A stretch of 32,000 bases of DNA from Micrococcus luteus NCTC 2665 (GTDB taxonomy: Bacteria > Actinomycetota > Actinomycetes > Actinomycetales > Micrococcaceae), in contig NC_012803.1 of NCBI RefSeq assembly GCF_000023205.1, positions 2,430,001 through 2,462,000 of the forward strand, given 5' to 3'. The first letter of the stretch is position 1. Each line of letters begins with the position of its first letter. Under the pieces are notes generated by a model that was not told the origin of the DNA, made no database searches, and saw only the letters and a program-made list of their open reading frames with translations. Positions 1 through 9,183 of the stretch are shown here, in pieces. Made by a program: the position numbers and the translations under genes.

Positions 1-24
1 CCCCAAAGTGCAGGGGCCCGCCCC

Positions 25-879
25 TCACTCATCGAGCTTCCGCACCGTGACGGCGATATCCACGTGGCCGGCCGCCGGGTCGACGAGGACCTGGCGCAGC
101 TCCCCTTCAGCGCCGCCGTCGAACGCGTCGAGGAGGTCCAGCATGGCGGGGTGCGGGAGCGGACCGCCGGGGGCGTCCTCGAGCAGGTCGGGCTGGTCCG
201 CGTCCGCGAGGACCTCGACGTACCGCTCGACGCGGCGCGGCAGGAGGCCCGTGACGGTGCGGTGGCCGGGCACCTGGAACGACGATGGCAGTGCTCCTTC
301 CACGGGTAGGGCCAGGACCAGCTCCACGGCGTTCCCCCCGCCCCGACCGGGGCGCATGGCGGTCCACGGCGGGCCGGACGGCCGCATTCCCGCCTCACCG
401 ACGGCGCGGCCGAGCGCCGCGAACTGCTCGTCCGCCTCGCCGTTCGCCGTGTCCGCGTCCAGGTTCGGTCCGACCTCGATCTCGGTGGCCACGCCGACCC
501 AGGCGGTTGCCGGCGCCTCGCGCTCTCGGCCGGCCGGGACGGCGTCGGGATCGGCGGCGAGCTGCGCGTCCGCGAGCGCGAGCGCGCGGTCCTCTAGGTC
601 GCGACGACGGCGCAGCGTCTCGACGCTCTCGGCGAGAAGGGCCGGGAGCCGATCGGGTGCGTCGAGGGCTGCGCGGACGTCCTCGACGGTGAGCCCGGCG
701 GTGCGCAGCACGCGGATCTGTGCGGCGGGGCGGACCTGGGCGGGCGCGTAGCGGCGGTAGCCGGAGTGCGGGTCGACGTCGACGGGGGCCAGCAGGCCGC
801 GGTCGTCGTAGAAGCGCAGCGCCTTCACGGACAGGCCTGTGGCGAGCGCGAACTCGCCGATGCTCATCAGGGTGGTCAT
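25..879 (-). CDS. MerR-family transcriptional regulator with C-terminal GyrI-like effector-binding region
   Basis: ORF 25..942(-). The N-terminal HTH MTTLMSIGEFALATGLSVKALRFYDDRGLL...GYRRYAPAQV is typical of MerR regulators. I moved the start to the ATG at 879 (MTTLMS), which is preceded by a GAGAGGA-type Shine-Dalgarno. It is divergent from the yeeE-like gene. Confidence 0.85.
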   Translation of the reverse strand: MTTLMSIGEFALATGLSVKALRFYDDRGLLAPVDVDPHSGYRRYAPAQVRPAAQIRVLRTAGLTVEDVRAALDAPDRLPALLAESVETLRRRRDLEDRALALADAQLAADPDAVPAGREREAPATAWVGVATEIEVGPNLDADTANGEADEQFAALGRAVGEAGMRPSGPPWTAMRPGRGGGNAVELVLALPVEGALPSSFQVPGHRTVTGLLPRRVERYVEVLADADQPDLLEDAPGGPLPHPAMLDLLDAFDGGAEGELRQVLVDPAAGHVDIAVTVRKLDE

Positions 880-1166
880 GGGGTGATCCTCTCGTGCGGG
901 CGCCGGGCGCCGGGGCCGACCCGCGGCGTGCTCCGGGGCCATGACCCCAGCGTGGGCGCTCCTCTAGGGGGAGACTCAAGCCCGTCCGCATGAGCCGCCA
1001 CCCTCACCCCCGGGCCGCGGCATGCTCGGCACCGCACTCCCCCGCCTCACCCCCGGCCCACAAACCGCAGCCCCCCGCCTCGCCCCCGCCTCGTCCGGCT
1101 CACGTGTGTGACCTCGCGTGTCCTGCCGGGCGCGCGGCACCCCGCTCACCCTGTGTGATAGCCCGC

Positions 1167-2294
1167 ATGATCATCACCGGACTCCTCCTCGGCCTCGTGC
1201 TGGGCTTCGTGTTCCAGCGCGGGCGCTTCTGCGTCACGGGCGCCTTCCGCGACCTGTTCACCATCCGGTCCACCCGATGGCTCACCGCGTTCATGGTGAT
1301 CGTGGCCGTCCAGTCGGTGGGCGTGTTCGCCCTCGACGCCCTGGGCGTGATCACCCTGGAGGCGGAGACGTTCCCGTGGCTGGGCACGATCATCGGCGGC
1401 CTGATCTTCGGCTTCTCGATCGTGCTCGCGGGCGGCTGCGCCACCGGCACGTACTACCGCGCGGGCGAGGGCCTCGTGGGCTCGTGGTTCGCGCTGATCT
1501 TCTACATCGTGGGCGCCACCGCATTCCGCAAGGGCCCGCTGGCCGGCACCACCGAGGCCGTCCGCTCCGTCGAGACGCAGACCGGCTCGTTCCAGCAGCT
1601 GACGGGATTGTCCCCGTGGGTGTTCGTGGCGTTGCTGGTGGCGGGCGTGGCTCTGGCGGTGCGTCATCACCTGCGCCGTGAGGCCGCCATGACCCGCTTC
1701 CGCCTGCCGGCGGCCAAGACCGGTCTGGCGCACGTGCTCACGGAGAAGGCGTGGCATCCGTTCGTCACCGCGGCGGTCATCGGCGTGCTGGCCGTGATCG
1801 CGTGGCCGCTGTCCTGGGCCACGGGACGTGAGTCCGGGCTGGGCATCACCGGCCCGTCGGCGAACATCGGCGCGTTCCTGGGCACCGGGGACATGGAGCT
1901 CGTGGACTGGGGCGTGCTGATGGTGACGGGCCTGCTGATCGGCTCGTTCGTGGCGGCGAAGGCCTCGGGCGAGTTCCGCGTCCGCGTTCCCGACGCGCGG
2001 ACCACGCTCCGCTCGATCGTCGGCGGCGTGGGGATGGGCTGGGGCGCGGCGTGGGCCGGCGGCTGCACCATCGGCAACGCCATGGTCAACACCGCGACCT
2101 TCAGCTTCCAGGGCTGGACCGCGCTCGTGTTCATGGTGCTCGGCACCGGCCTGGCCGCGAAGGTCTTCATCCTCAACCACCGCGGCAAGGGCACGACGCC
2201 GGTCCCCGCCTCCGCCTCCGGCCTCACCTCGGCCGAGGGCGCGGCGGCGGACGCCGGGGCGGCCCGCCCCGTGAAGCTCACGCCGATCGGCTGA
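1167..2294 (+). CDS. YeeE/YedE-family (TsuA-like) sulfur-compound / thiosulfate transporter
   Basis: ORF 990..2294(+). A polytopic membrane protein starts at MIITGLLLGLVLGFVFQRGRFCVTG (ATG 1167). Conserved Cys motifs GRFCVTG, AGGCATG and AGGCTIG are characteristic of YeeE/YedE. The Pro/Ala-rich N-terminal extension of the raw ORF looks non-coding. Confidence 0.85.
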   Translation: MIITGLLLGLVLGFVFQRGRFCVTGAFRDLFTIRSTRWLTAFMVIVAVQSVGVFALDALGVITLEAETFPWLGTIIGGLIFGFSIVLAGGCATGTYYRAGEGLVGSWFALIFYIVGATAFRKGPLAGTTEAVRSVETQTGSFQQLTGLSPWVFVALLVAGVALAVRHHLRREAAMTRFRLPAAKTGLAHVLTEKAWHPFVTAAVIGVLAVIAWPLSWATGRESGLGITGPSANIGAFLGTGDMELVDWGVLMVTGLLIGSFVAAKASGEFRVRVPDARTTLRSIVGGVGMGWGAAWAGGCTIGNAMVNTATFSFQGWTALVFMVLGTGLAAKVFILNHRGKGTTPVPASASGLTSAEGAAADAGAARPVKLTPIG

Positions 2295-2346
2295 GCCGAC
2301 CCGCCCACGAACGACCTCTGACCACCGACACCAAGGAGAGAACATC

Positions 2347-2574
2347 ATGGCGAAGCACCTGCTCGAGACCGACGGCCAGGTCTGCCCCTTCCCGCTCGTG
2401 GAGGCCAACCAGGCGATGGAGCAGATCCCCACGGGGGATGAGCTCGTGATCGACTTCGACTGCACCCAGGCCACCGACTCCCTGCCCCGCTGGGCCGCTG
2501 AGAACGGCCACGAGGTCACCGACTTCGTGAAGCGCGGCGCCGCGGAGTGGACGATCACCGTGAAGAAGGGCTGA
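2347..2574 (+). CDS. TusA/SirA-like sulfurtransferase (YeeD/TsuB-like partner of YeeE)
   Basis: 75-aa ORF carrying the CPxP active-site motif (QVCPFPLVEA). An AAGGAGAG Shine-Dalgarno lies upstream, and the gene sits directly downstream of the YeeE-like gene. Confidence 0.85.
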   Translation: MAKHLLETDGQVCPFPLVEANQAMEQIPTGDELVIDFDCTQATDSLPRWAAENGHEVTDFVKRGAAEWTITVKKG

Positions 2575-2618
2575 GGGGCGGAGGAGCCTCTCAGCACTTC
2601 CGCCCGCCGCGGAGGGCC

Positions 2619-3680
2619 TCAGACCTCCAGCAGCACCTTGATCTCGCGGCGCTCGTCCATGGCCCGGTACGCCTCGGCGGCGTCGTCGAGCGGCATGCGC
2701 GCGGTGAACACGCGGCCGGGCTGGATCTCCCCGGACTGGATGCGCTCGATCAGCTCGGGCAGGAAGCGGCGGACGGGCGCGGGCCCGCCCTCGAGGTGGA
2801 TCTCACGGCCGAAGAGATCGGAGCCGTCGAGGGTCTGGTCGTGGGAGACGCCCACGAACCCGACATACCCGCCGGGGCGCACCGAGGCCAGGGCCTGGTC
2901 CATGGAGCCCTGCGTGCCGACGGCCTCGCACACCCCGTGCGCTCCGTAGCCGCCGGTGAGCTCACGCACCTGGGCGGCACCCTCCTCGCCACGCTCGGCG
3001 ATCACGACGTCCGCGCCGAACTCCCGGGCGAGCGCGGCCCGATCCTCATGGCGGGAGAACACGATGACCTTCTCCGCGCCGAGGGTCTTGGCGGCCAGGA
3101 CGGCGCACAGGCCGACGGCGCCGTCGCCGACCACGGCGATGGTCTTGCCGGGGCCGGCCTGCGCGGCGACGGCGGCGTACCAGCCGGTGCCGAGCACATC
3201 CGAGGCGGCGAGGTAGTCGGCCAGGCGGTCCGGGTCCGAGGGCTCACCCCCGGGCACCTTCACGAGGGAGCCGTCCGCGAGCTCGACACGCATGTACTGC
3301 GCCTGGCTGCCCGTGTACTCGCCGGCGTTGACGCAGCGGGACTGGTAGCCGGCCTGGCAGATCTCGCACGTGTTGTCCGAGAGCATGAACGAGCCGATCA
3401 CGAAGTCGCCGACCTCGAGGGTGGCGACGTCCTCGCCCTTCTCCACGATCGTGCCGACGTACTCGTGGCCCATGCGCCGGTGGTCGACGTCGTTGTGGCC
3501 GCGGTAGGGCCACAGGTCCGAGCCGCACACGCACGCGGCGGCCAGCTTCAGGACCACGTCCGTGGGCTGGGCGACGCGCGGAGTGTCCACCTCCTCCACG
3601 ACGACGTCGCCCGGCGCGCGCATGACGACCGCCTTCATCGTCTTGGGGATGGCAGGGGTGGCGGGGGTCTGTGCGGTCAT
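2619..3680 (-). CDS. Zinc-dependent alcohol/formaldehyde dehydrogenase family (MDR superfamily)
   Basis: 353-aa ORF with CGSDLW and GHEYVG zinc-ligand motifs and a VVGDGAVGL Rossmann motif. A GGAGGA Shine-Dalgarno precedes the ATG at 3680. Confidence 0.9.
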   Translation of the reverse strand: MTAQTPATPAIPKTMKAVVMRAPGDVVVEEVDTPRVAQPTDVVLKLAAACVCGSDLWPYRGHNDVDHRRMGHEYVGTIVEKGEDVATLEVGDFVIGSFMLSDNTCEICQAGYQSRCVNAGEYTGSQAQYMRVELADGSLVKVPGGEPSDPDRLADYLAASDVLGTGWYAAVAAQAGPGKTIAVVGDGAVGLCAVLAAKTLGAEKVIVFSRHEDRAALAREFGADVVIAERGEEGAAQVRELTGGYGAHGVCEAVGTQGSMDQALASVRPGGYVGFVGVSHDQTLDGSDLFGREIHLEGGPAPVRRFLPELIERIQSGEIQPGRVFTARMPLDDAAEAYRAMDERREIKVLLEV

Positions 3681-3795
3681 GGTCTGTCCTCCGGTCTGGC
3701 CCGGCGGTCCGGGCGGTGTGCGGGGACCAGTCTTGCGCCCCTGAGCCGTGGAGACGACACATCGGCGACGCGGGCGGGGCCGGTGGATGACCGCG

Positions 3796-3842
3796 CGCCA
3801 GCGACATCACCGCCGGGCAGAACCGCGGTGATGTCGCTGGCG
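3796..3842. repeat. Perfect 18-bp inverted repeat (arms 3796-3813 and 3825-3842, 11-nt spacer) in a divergent intergenic region
   Basis: Read directly from the sequence: cgccagcgacatcaccgc-cgggcagaacc-gcggtgatgtcgctggcg. It lies between the divergent dehydrogenase and acyl-CoA ligase genes. It could be an operator or a stable stem-loop. Confidence 0.6.
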
Positions 3843-3942
3843 TGAGGTCGGCCGACACACCCCACTCGGCTCACAGCGAACGAGCACCGCCGGGCGTTAC
3901 GCTGTGGTTCCCATCACATCCGACTCCCCCCGGAGGCCCGTC

Positions 3943-5445
3943 GTGACCCTCACCCTGCCCGCCCGCCTCGAGCGCACCGCCGCCGAGCATCCGCACTCCA
4001 CCGCCCTGATCCTCGGCGAGAACCGCATGACGTACGCGGAGCTGCAGGACCAGTCCCAGCGCCTGGCCGGGCTCATGCGGCAGGAGGGCATCGGCCCCGG
4101 GGACCGCGTGGCGCTCATGGTGCCGAACATCCCGGCGTTCCCGGTGGTGTTCTTCGCGGCCCTGCAGCTGGGCGCCGTCGTCGTCCCGATGAACCCGCTG
4201 TTCAAGCGCCGCGAGATCGAGTACTACCTGGAGGACTCGGGCGCGTCGATGCTGTGGTCCGTGCCGTCCGAGGAAGCCGTGGAGGGCGCCCGCGAGCGCG
4301 GTGTGCCGCTGCGCACCCTCGGCGAGGACGGCCTCGCCCCGCACCTCGCGGAGAGCCCCGGCCCGGTGACCGAGACCGTCGAGCGGGACCTCGAGGACGA
4401 CGCCGTCATCCTCTACACCTCCGGCACCACCGGCCGCCCCAAGGGCGCCCAGCTGACCCACCGGAACATGGGCACCAACGCGGACACCGCGGCGGAGACG
4501 CTGATCCAGCTCCAGCACGGGGAGACCGTGCTCGGCTGCCTGCCGCTGTTCCACGTCTTCGGCCTGACGTGCGCGCTCATGGCGCCCGTGACGATGGGCG
4601 CCAGCCTGGCGTTGATCCCCCGCTTCGATCCCGCCGTGGCCGCGCAGACCGTCCGGGAGCGCGCGGTGGACGTGTTCATCGGCGTGCCCACCATGTACGG
4701 GGCCGTGCTGGCCGCGGCCAAGGACCATCCGGAGGACCTGGCCAGCCTGCGCCTGGGCGTCTCCGGTGGATCCGCCCTGCCCGTGGAGTTGCTGCGCCGC
4801 TTCGAGGCCACCTTCGACTGCGAGATCCTCGAGGGCTACGGCCTGTCCGAGACCTCCCCGGTCGCGTGCTTCAACCATCCGGGTGAGGCGCATCAGCCGG
4901 GCTCGATCGGACGCGCCGTCCGCGGGTGCGAACTGCAGCTGGTGACGCCGGACGGGGCCGTCGTGTCCGAGGGCGACGAGGAGACCCTGGGCGAGGTGTG
5001 GATCCGCGGCGAGAACGTGATGAAGGGCTACTGGGGCAAGCCGGAAGCCACCGCCCAGGCCATCACCGAGGACGGCTGGTTCCGCTCCGGCGACCTCGCC
5101 CGGCGCGACGCCGCGGGCAACTACTACATCGTGGACCGCACGAAGGACATGATCCTGCGCGGCGGGCTCAACGTGTACCCGCGCGAGATCGAGGAGGTGC
5201 TCTACGAGCACCCGGCCGTCGCGGAGGCCGCCGTCGTGGGGGTGCCCCACCCGGAGCTCGGCCAGGAGGTCGCCGCGCACGCGGTGCTCGCCCCCGGCGC
5301 GCACGCCACGGAGGAGGAGCTGATCCAGCACGTGAAGGCGCGGGTGGCCCCCTACAAGTACCCGCGCACCGTGACCGTGCGGGACGGGCTGCCCAAGACC
5401 GCCACCGGCAAGATCCTCAAGCGGGAGCTGACGCCGGCGGGGTGA
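3943..5445 (+). CDS. AMP-dependent acyl-CoA synthetase / long-chain fatty-acid--CoA ligase
   Basis: ORF 3904..5445(+) with AMP-binding motifs YTSGTTGRPKGA, GYGLSET and TGKILKREL. I prefer the GTG start at 3943 because GGAGG (3932-3936) lies 6 nt upstream. GTG 3904 is the alternative. Confidence 0.9.
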   Translation: MTLTLPARLERTAAEHPHSTALILGENRMTYAELQDQSQRLAGLMRQEGIGPGDRVALMVPNIPAFPVVFFAALQLGAVVVPMNPLFKRREIEYYLEDSGASMLWSVPSEEAVEGARERGVPLRTLGEDGLAPHLAESPGPVTETVERDLEDDAVILYTSGTTGRPKGAQLTHRNMGTNADTAAETLIQLQHGETVLGCLPLFHVFGLTCALMAPVTMGASLALIPRFDPAVAAQTVRERAVDVFIGVPTMYGAVLAAAKDHPEDLASLRLGVSGGSALPVELLRRFEATFDCEILEGYGLSETSPVACFNHPGEAHQPGSIGRAVRGCELQLVTPDGAVVSEGDEETLGEVWIRGENVMKGYWGKPEATAQAITEDGWFRSGDLARRDAAGNYYIVDRTKDMILRGGLNVYPREIEEVLYEHPAVAEAAVVGVPHPELGQEVAAHAVLAPGAHATEEELIQHVKARVAPYKYPRTVTVRDGLPKTATGKILKRELTPAG

Positions 5446-5467
5446 GGGGGCGGTGGGCCCGCTCGCC

Positions 5468-5755
5468 TCAGCCGCTCTCCCGCAGCACCCGCGCCAGGAC
5501 CTCACGCGGGGAGGCCTCGCCCCGCCACTCCCCCGACGCGGCGCCCTCGAGGCTCACCAGCAGCGGTTCGACGTCGACGTGGGACTCCCCTCGCCCGGAG
5601 CGGCGGGTCAGGGTCCAGCCGTCCCCGTCCAGGCTGAGCCGGCACCCGGGGGCGAGGCCGGCGCGGAGTCGGGCCAGGGCGCGCCGCTTGAGCCCGGACG
5701 CGTTCAGCCGCGCCGTCGTCGGGGAGGCGACGGCGCGGCCGCAGGCTCCGCACAC
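5468..5755 (-). CDS. Hypothetical small protein (uncertain)
   Basis: 95-aa ORF with a GTG start 7 nt downstream of the deacetylase stop on the same strand. It has high GC3 and no recognisable motif. It could be a GC-driven artefact. Confidence 0.3.
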   Translation of the reverse strand: MCGACGRAVASPTTARLNASGLKRRALARLRAGLAPGCRLSLDGDGWTLTRRSGRGESHVDVEPLLVSLEGAASGEWRGEASPREVLARVLRESG

Positions 5756-5762
5756 CGCCGCG

Positions 5763-6650
5763 TCAGCCCTGGGTGCGCGGACGGCGCCGGGCGAAGTCCG
5801 TGGCGACGTCCTTCATGTAGGCGAATTCGACGCCGTCGTGGTCCTGGATGTGGTCGAGGAGCCGTTCCAGCATGAGCAGGTTCTGCGGGCGCCCGGACAC
5901 GTCCGGATGGATGGTGATGGGGAAGACGGCGTAGTCCATCTCCCGGTGCACCCAGTCGAACTGGTCCTTCCACAGCTGCTCGATGTCCCGCGGGGAGACG
6001 AAGCCGTGGCTGTTGGGGCTGGACTTGATGAACATCATGGGCGGCAGGTCGTCCAGGTACCAGGACGCGGGGATCTCGATGAGGTCGGTCTCCTCGCCGC
6101 GCTCGAGCGGCTTCATCCACGCGTGGGCGGAGTCGGCGTCGTAGTCGATCTTGGTCCAGGTGTCGCCCTTGCGCACGTAGTACGGGGTGTGGTCGTCGTG
6201 CATGAGCGAGTGGTCGTAGAGGAAGCCGCGGTCCAGCAGGATCTCGTTGGTCACCTTGGAGAACTCCCACCAGGGCGCCACGTAGCCCACCGGCTTGGTG
6301 CCGGAGCGCTTCTCGATGAGCTCGGTGCAGTAGTCGAGGATCTCGGTCTCCTGCTGGCGGGTCATGGCGATGGGGTTCTCGTGGGAGTAGCCGTGGACGC
6401 CGATCTCGTGTCCGGCCTCGACCACGGCGTCGAACTGCTCGGGGAACGTCTCGATCGAGTGCCCGGGCCAGAACCAGGAGACGGGCAGGTCGCGGCGCTG
6501 GAACAGCTGCAGCAGGCGGGGCACGCCCACTTCTCCGGCGAACATGCCGCGGGAGATGTCCCCGGGGGAGTCCTCGCCGCCGTAGGAGCCGAGCCAGCCG
6601 CCGACCGCGTCGACGTCGATGCCCACACTCACGTAGATCTTCTTGGTCAT
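5763..6650 (-). CDS. Polysaccharide deacetylase (carbohydrate esterase 4) family protein
   Basis: 295-aa ORF with a NodB-like core (GIDVDAV..., [20 protein letters not shown]). A GAGAGGAAGG Shine-Dalgarno precedes the ATG at 6650. It sits 20 nt downstream of the asparaginase gene, so the two are probably an operon. Confidence 0.85.
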   Translation of the reverse strand: MTKKIYVSVGIDVDAVGGWLGSYGGEDSPGDISRGMFAGEVGVPRLLQLFQRRDLPVSWFWPGHSIETFPEQFDAVVEAGHEIGVHGYSHENPIAMTRQQETEILDYCTELIEKRSGTKPVGYVAPWWEFSKVTNEILLDRGFLYDHSLMHDDHTPYYVRKGDTWTKIDYDADSAHAWMKPLERGEETDLIEIPASWYLDDLPPMMFIKSSPNSHGFVSPRDIEQLWKDQFDWVHREMDYAVFPITIHPDVSGRPQNLLMLERLLDHIQDHDGVEFAYMKDVATDFARRRPRTQG

Positions 6651-6670
6651 GGTCCTGCCTTCCTCTCGGG

Positions 6671-7645
6671 TCAGCGCAGCCGTTCGAACTGCGCCCTGAA
6701 CTCTGGGGGGTCGGGGTGGGAGGCGGCGACGGTGGCCGCCAGGATCCGGGCCTGGAAGGGGGTCAGCTCCCCGGCGGGCACGGCGCCGGCCGCGAGGATG
6801 TCCGCTCCGCCGCCGTCGCCGTAGACGCCCAGGACCGGCCCGGCGAGCGTGCGGGTGGCGAGCACCACCGGCACGCCGCGGTCCGCCAGCTCCGCCACCG
6901 CCTCGGCGTGCCCGGGGCCCGCGTTGCCCAGGCCGGTGCCGGCCAGCACCACGACGTCGGCGCCCCGGTCCGCCGCCCAGGTCAGCGCGGCGGGGTCGGC
7001 GCCGGGGTGGGCGGTCACGAGGTCCACGCGCGTGCCGTCCAGTCCGGAGTCCGGGAGGTCGAGGGTGCCGGGGCGATGCGGGCGGGCGTGCAGGTGGAAC
7101 CCGTCCCCGTGCGTCGTGCCCACGAGCGTGCCGCCGGTGAACGGCTGGCTGGCCATCGTGTGCCCCTTGCGGGTGCCGCGTGCGGACAGCAGCGCGCCGT
7201 CGAAGGCGATGAGGACGCCGAGCCCGCGGGCGTCCGGTTGGGCGGCGGCGAGGACGGCCTGGCGCAGGTTGCGGGGGCCGTCGGTGTCCGGGTGGTCGGC
7301 GGCGCGCTGCGCGCCCGTGAACACCACGGGGGTGTCCGTGCCGTTCAGCAGGTCCGCGAGGAACGCGGTCTCCTCCATGGTGTCTGTGCCGTGCGTGACC
7401 ACGACGCCGTCGATGCCGGGGTCCGCCGCGCGCTCACGTGCGGTGCGGGCGATCGTGGCCAGCTCCGGCAGCCCGAGCCGGTAGCTGCCGACCGTCATCA
7501 CGTCCTCGCCGGTGATCTCGACGTCGGCGGTCGCGTCCATGCCCGCGAGAATTGCCTCCGCGGCGTCTCCGGCCGTGGCGCCGGAGCCCTCGCCGGAGCG
7601 CGAGGCGATCGTGCCGCCGGTGGCGAGGACGTGGACGCGGGTCAT
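6671..7645 (-). CDS. L-asparaginase
   Basis: ORF 6671..7756(-) with the catalytic motifs LATGGTIAS and [14 protein letters not shown]. The start is set at ATG 7645 ([11 protein letters not shown]) with GGAG upstream. Confidence 0.85.
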   Translation of the reverse strand: MTRVHVLATGGTIASRSGEGSGATAGDAAEAILAGMDATADVEITGEDVMTVGSYRLGLPELATIARTARERAADPGIDGVVVTHGTDTMEETAFLADLLNGTDTPVVFTGAQRAADHPDTDGPRNLRQAVLAAAQPDARGLGVLIAFDGALLSARGTRKGHTMASQPFTGGTLVGTTHGDGFHLHARPHRPGTLDLPDSGLDGTRVDLVTAHPGADPAALTWAADRGADVVVLAGTGLGNAGPGHAEAVAELADRGVPVVLATRTLAGPVLGVYGDGGGADILAAGAVPAGELTPFQARILAATVAASHPDPPEFRAQFERLR

Positions 7646-7769
7646 CGGGAGGCTCCTGGGCTCATGCGTGCCAGCGTGACAAGGGCGGGAGAGGTGGGTC
7701 AACGGATGGGGGTCTCCACCCTGCGCAACGACGCTGGACAAGTCAGACACCGACACCTACCCTGCGGTC

Positions 7770-8330
7770 ATGGGCATGTCAGAGAGCTTCGAGACATCCG
7801 TTCACGACTTCGCAAACACCTTCCTCGATTATCAAATCTACCTGGGGCATCTGGGTCAGACCCCGGAAGACGAGATCCTGATCTGCACCCCGGGGGAGGG
7901 CTGGTCGCTCGGGGCCCTGGAGGAACTCACTGAACACCTGCGGGATGACCAGCAGTGGTACACCGGCATAGAAGAGCAATACCGCAAGGGAGCAGGCGGC
8001 ATCGGTGCGGACGGGCCGGTCACTCTCTCCGTAGCTCTCGGCGTCACAAAAATGGTCCCGAGTGTTGCCTGGTTATTAAAGCAACTGCGGAGAGAAAACC
8101 CACCCCTGGACGACCGCCTTTCGGCGCGGAGACGAGCTGAAGCTGCCGTTCTCCGCCGATATGCCACAGATCGTCGGAAAGACCTGAAGTTGCGGTCAGA
8201 GGCTGAGAGACTTGACCATTGGGAGTTCTCATTCAGAGCTATTGACGGCGACTCATACACGGTTGAAGTGTACGGGATTGAGGGCAAGACCTCAGCCGAG
8301 CGGATCAGGTGGGAGTCCAGCGCGCCGTAG
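7770..8330 (+). CDS. Orphan hypothetical protein in a visibly lower-GC segment
   Basis: 186-aa ORF, the only long ORF on either strand here. Its A/T-ending codons (aaa, tta, gaa, aga) are atypical for this window. No recognisable domain and no obvious Shine-Dalgarno. Confidence 0.5.
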   Translation: MGMSESFETSVHDFANTFLDYQIYLGHLGQTPEDEILICTPGEGWSLGALEELTEHLRDDQQWYTGIEEQYRKGAGGIGADGPVTLSVALGVTKMVPSVAWLLKQLRRENPPLDDRLSARRRAEAAVLRRYATDRRKDLKLRSEAERLDHWEFSFRAIDGDSYTVEVYGIEGKTSAERIRWESSAP

Positions 8331-8423
8331 GCCGTGACCTGACGCGCCCCACCCCATTTTTACCGGCTCATGTAAAGGGCCAGCTCGTCAGAGACTGCGA
8401 GCCCTCGCAGGTTGCAAATCGAC

Positions 8424-8450
8424 GGGCCGCGGGGTCTCCCCCCGCGGCCC
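8424..8450. terminator. GC-rich hairpin between convergent genes (11-bp perfect stem, 5-nt loop)
   Basis: gggccgcgggg-tctcc-ccccgcggccc. It lies 22 nt past the stop of the MerR gene (minus strand) and 94 nt past the stop of the orphan gene (plus strand). The T-tract is weak, as is common in high-GC actinobacteria. Confidence 0.55.
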
Positions 8451-8471
8451 TTGGTGCATGTCACCAGGGCC

Positions 8472-9146
8472 TCACGCCAGCGGCCTGCACACCTCCGTCA
8501 CGAGATCCTCAGGCGCGGCCTGGTCCGGCGTCACGAGATAGCGGTTGAATACCTTGGAGGCCAGGGTCCCGTCCTGCCGGGCAGCCAGCCCCTCGGCCTC
8601 CATGCGCTGGACGATCAGGTCGTGTGCCTGCGAGATCTGCGTGTACGGGCCGACGGGCCTGATGCCTTGCTGCTGCAGGGCGGGCATGAGCCTCTCCCAC
8701 AGGCGGCCCTCGTCGGAGTAAGACGGGACGGTGCCGCGCAGGGCGACGACGGTCATGGCAGGGACGGCGGTGCGGTTCAGCTGGATGGTCATGGGGATCT
8801 CTCCTGGGGTGAGCATGCGGTCGATGAGGGAAAGCCGTTCCCGGGCCGCGTGCAGCTCCTCGACCAGGGTGCACCGCTGCAGGGCGAGCGCATCGGTCCA
8901 GGTCGAGGTGCCGCGGGCGGCGAGGAGGGCGGTGATGGCCGAGACGCCGAGGCCGACGTCGCGCAGGTTCCGGATGTCCGCGGCGTCCCGCAGCTGGGCG
9001 GGGGCGTAGCGGCGGTACCCGCTGTGCGCGTCGACGTGCTCCGGCACCAGGACGCCGTGGGCGTCGTAGTGGCGGAGCATCCGCACGGAGAGGCGGGAGA
9101 GCGAGCTGAACTCGCCGATCGTCATGAGGTCCGTGTGCGTGACCAT
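8472..9146 (-). CDS. MerR-family transcriptional regulator (second paralogue) with effector-binding C-terminal domain
   Basis: 224-aa ORF. MTIGEFSSLSRLSVRMLRHYDAHGVLVPEHVDAHSGYRRYAPAQL closely parallels the HTH of the regulator at 25..879. Confidence 0.85.
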   Translation of the reverse strand: MVTHTDLMTIGEFSSLSRLSVRMLRHYDAHGVLVPEHVDAHSGYRRYAPAQLRDAADIRNLRDVGLGVSAITALLAARGTSTWTDALALQRCTLVEELHAARERLSLIDRMLTPGEIPMTIQLNRTAVPAMTVVALRGTVPSYSDEGRLWERLMPALQQQGIRPVGPYTQISQAHDLIVQRMEAEGLAARQDGTLASKVFNRYLVTPDQAAPEDLVTEVCRPLA

Positions 9147-9152
9147 GGCAAC

Positions 9153-9183
9153 AGCGTGTGGGGTGACACGGTGGAAGGGTCAA
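9153..9183 (-). promoter_or_regulatory. Candidate MerR-type promoter: TTGACC -35, 19-nt spacer containing a cgtgt-N6-acacg palindrome, weak -10 (CACGCT) 6 nt from the ATG
   Basis: On the minus strand: TTGACC (9183-9178), a 19-nt spacer holding the palindrome at 9155-9170, then CACGCT. The ATG at 9146 follows almost immediately, which suggests a leaderless transcript. This is pattern recognition only. Confidence 0.25.

Noticed and set aside
2575-2618. Possible terminator hairpin between the convergent tusA-like and dehydrogenase genes (gggcgga ... tccgccc)
   Set aside because: It has only a 7-bp stem with a 16-nt loop and no T-tract. That is too weak to annotate as a feature without folding energetics.
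3871-5505. 544-aa minus-strand ORF
   Set aside because: It is antisense to the acyl-CoA ligase gene, which carries unambiguous AMP-binding motifs. The composition is that of a high-GC shadow frame.
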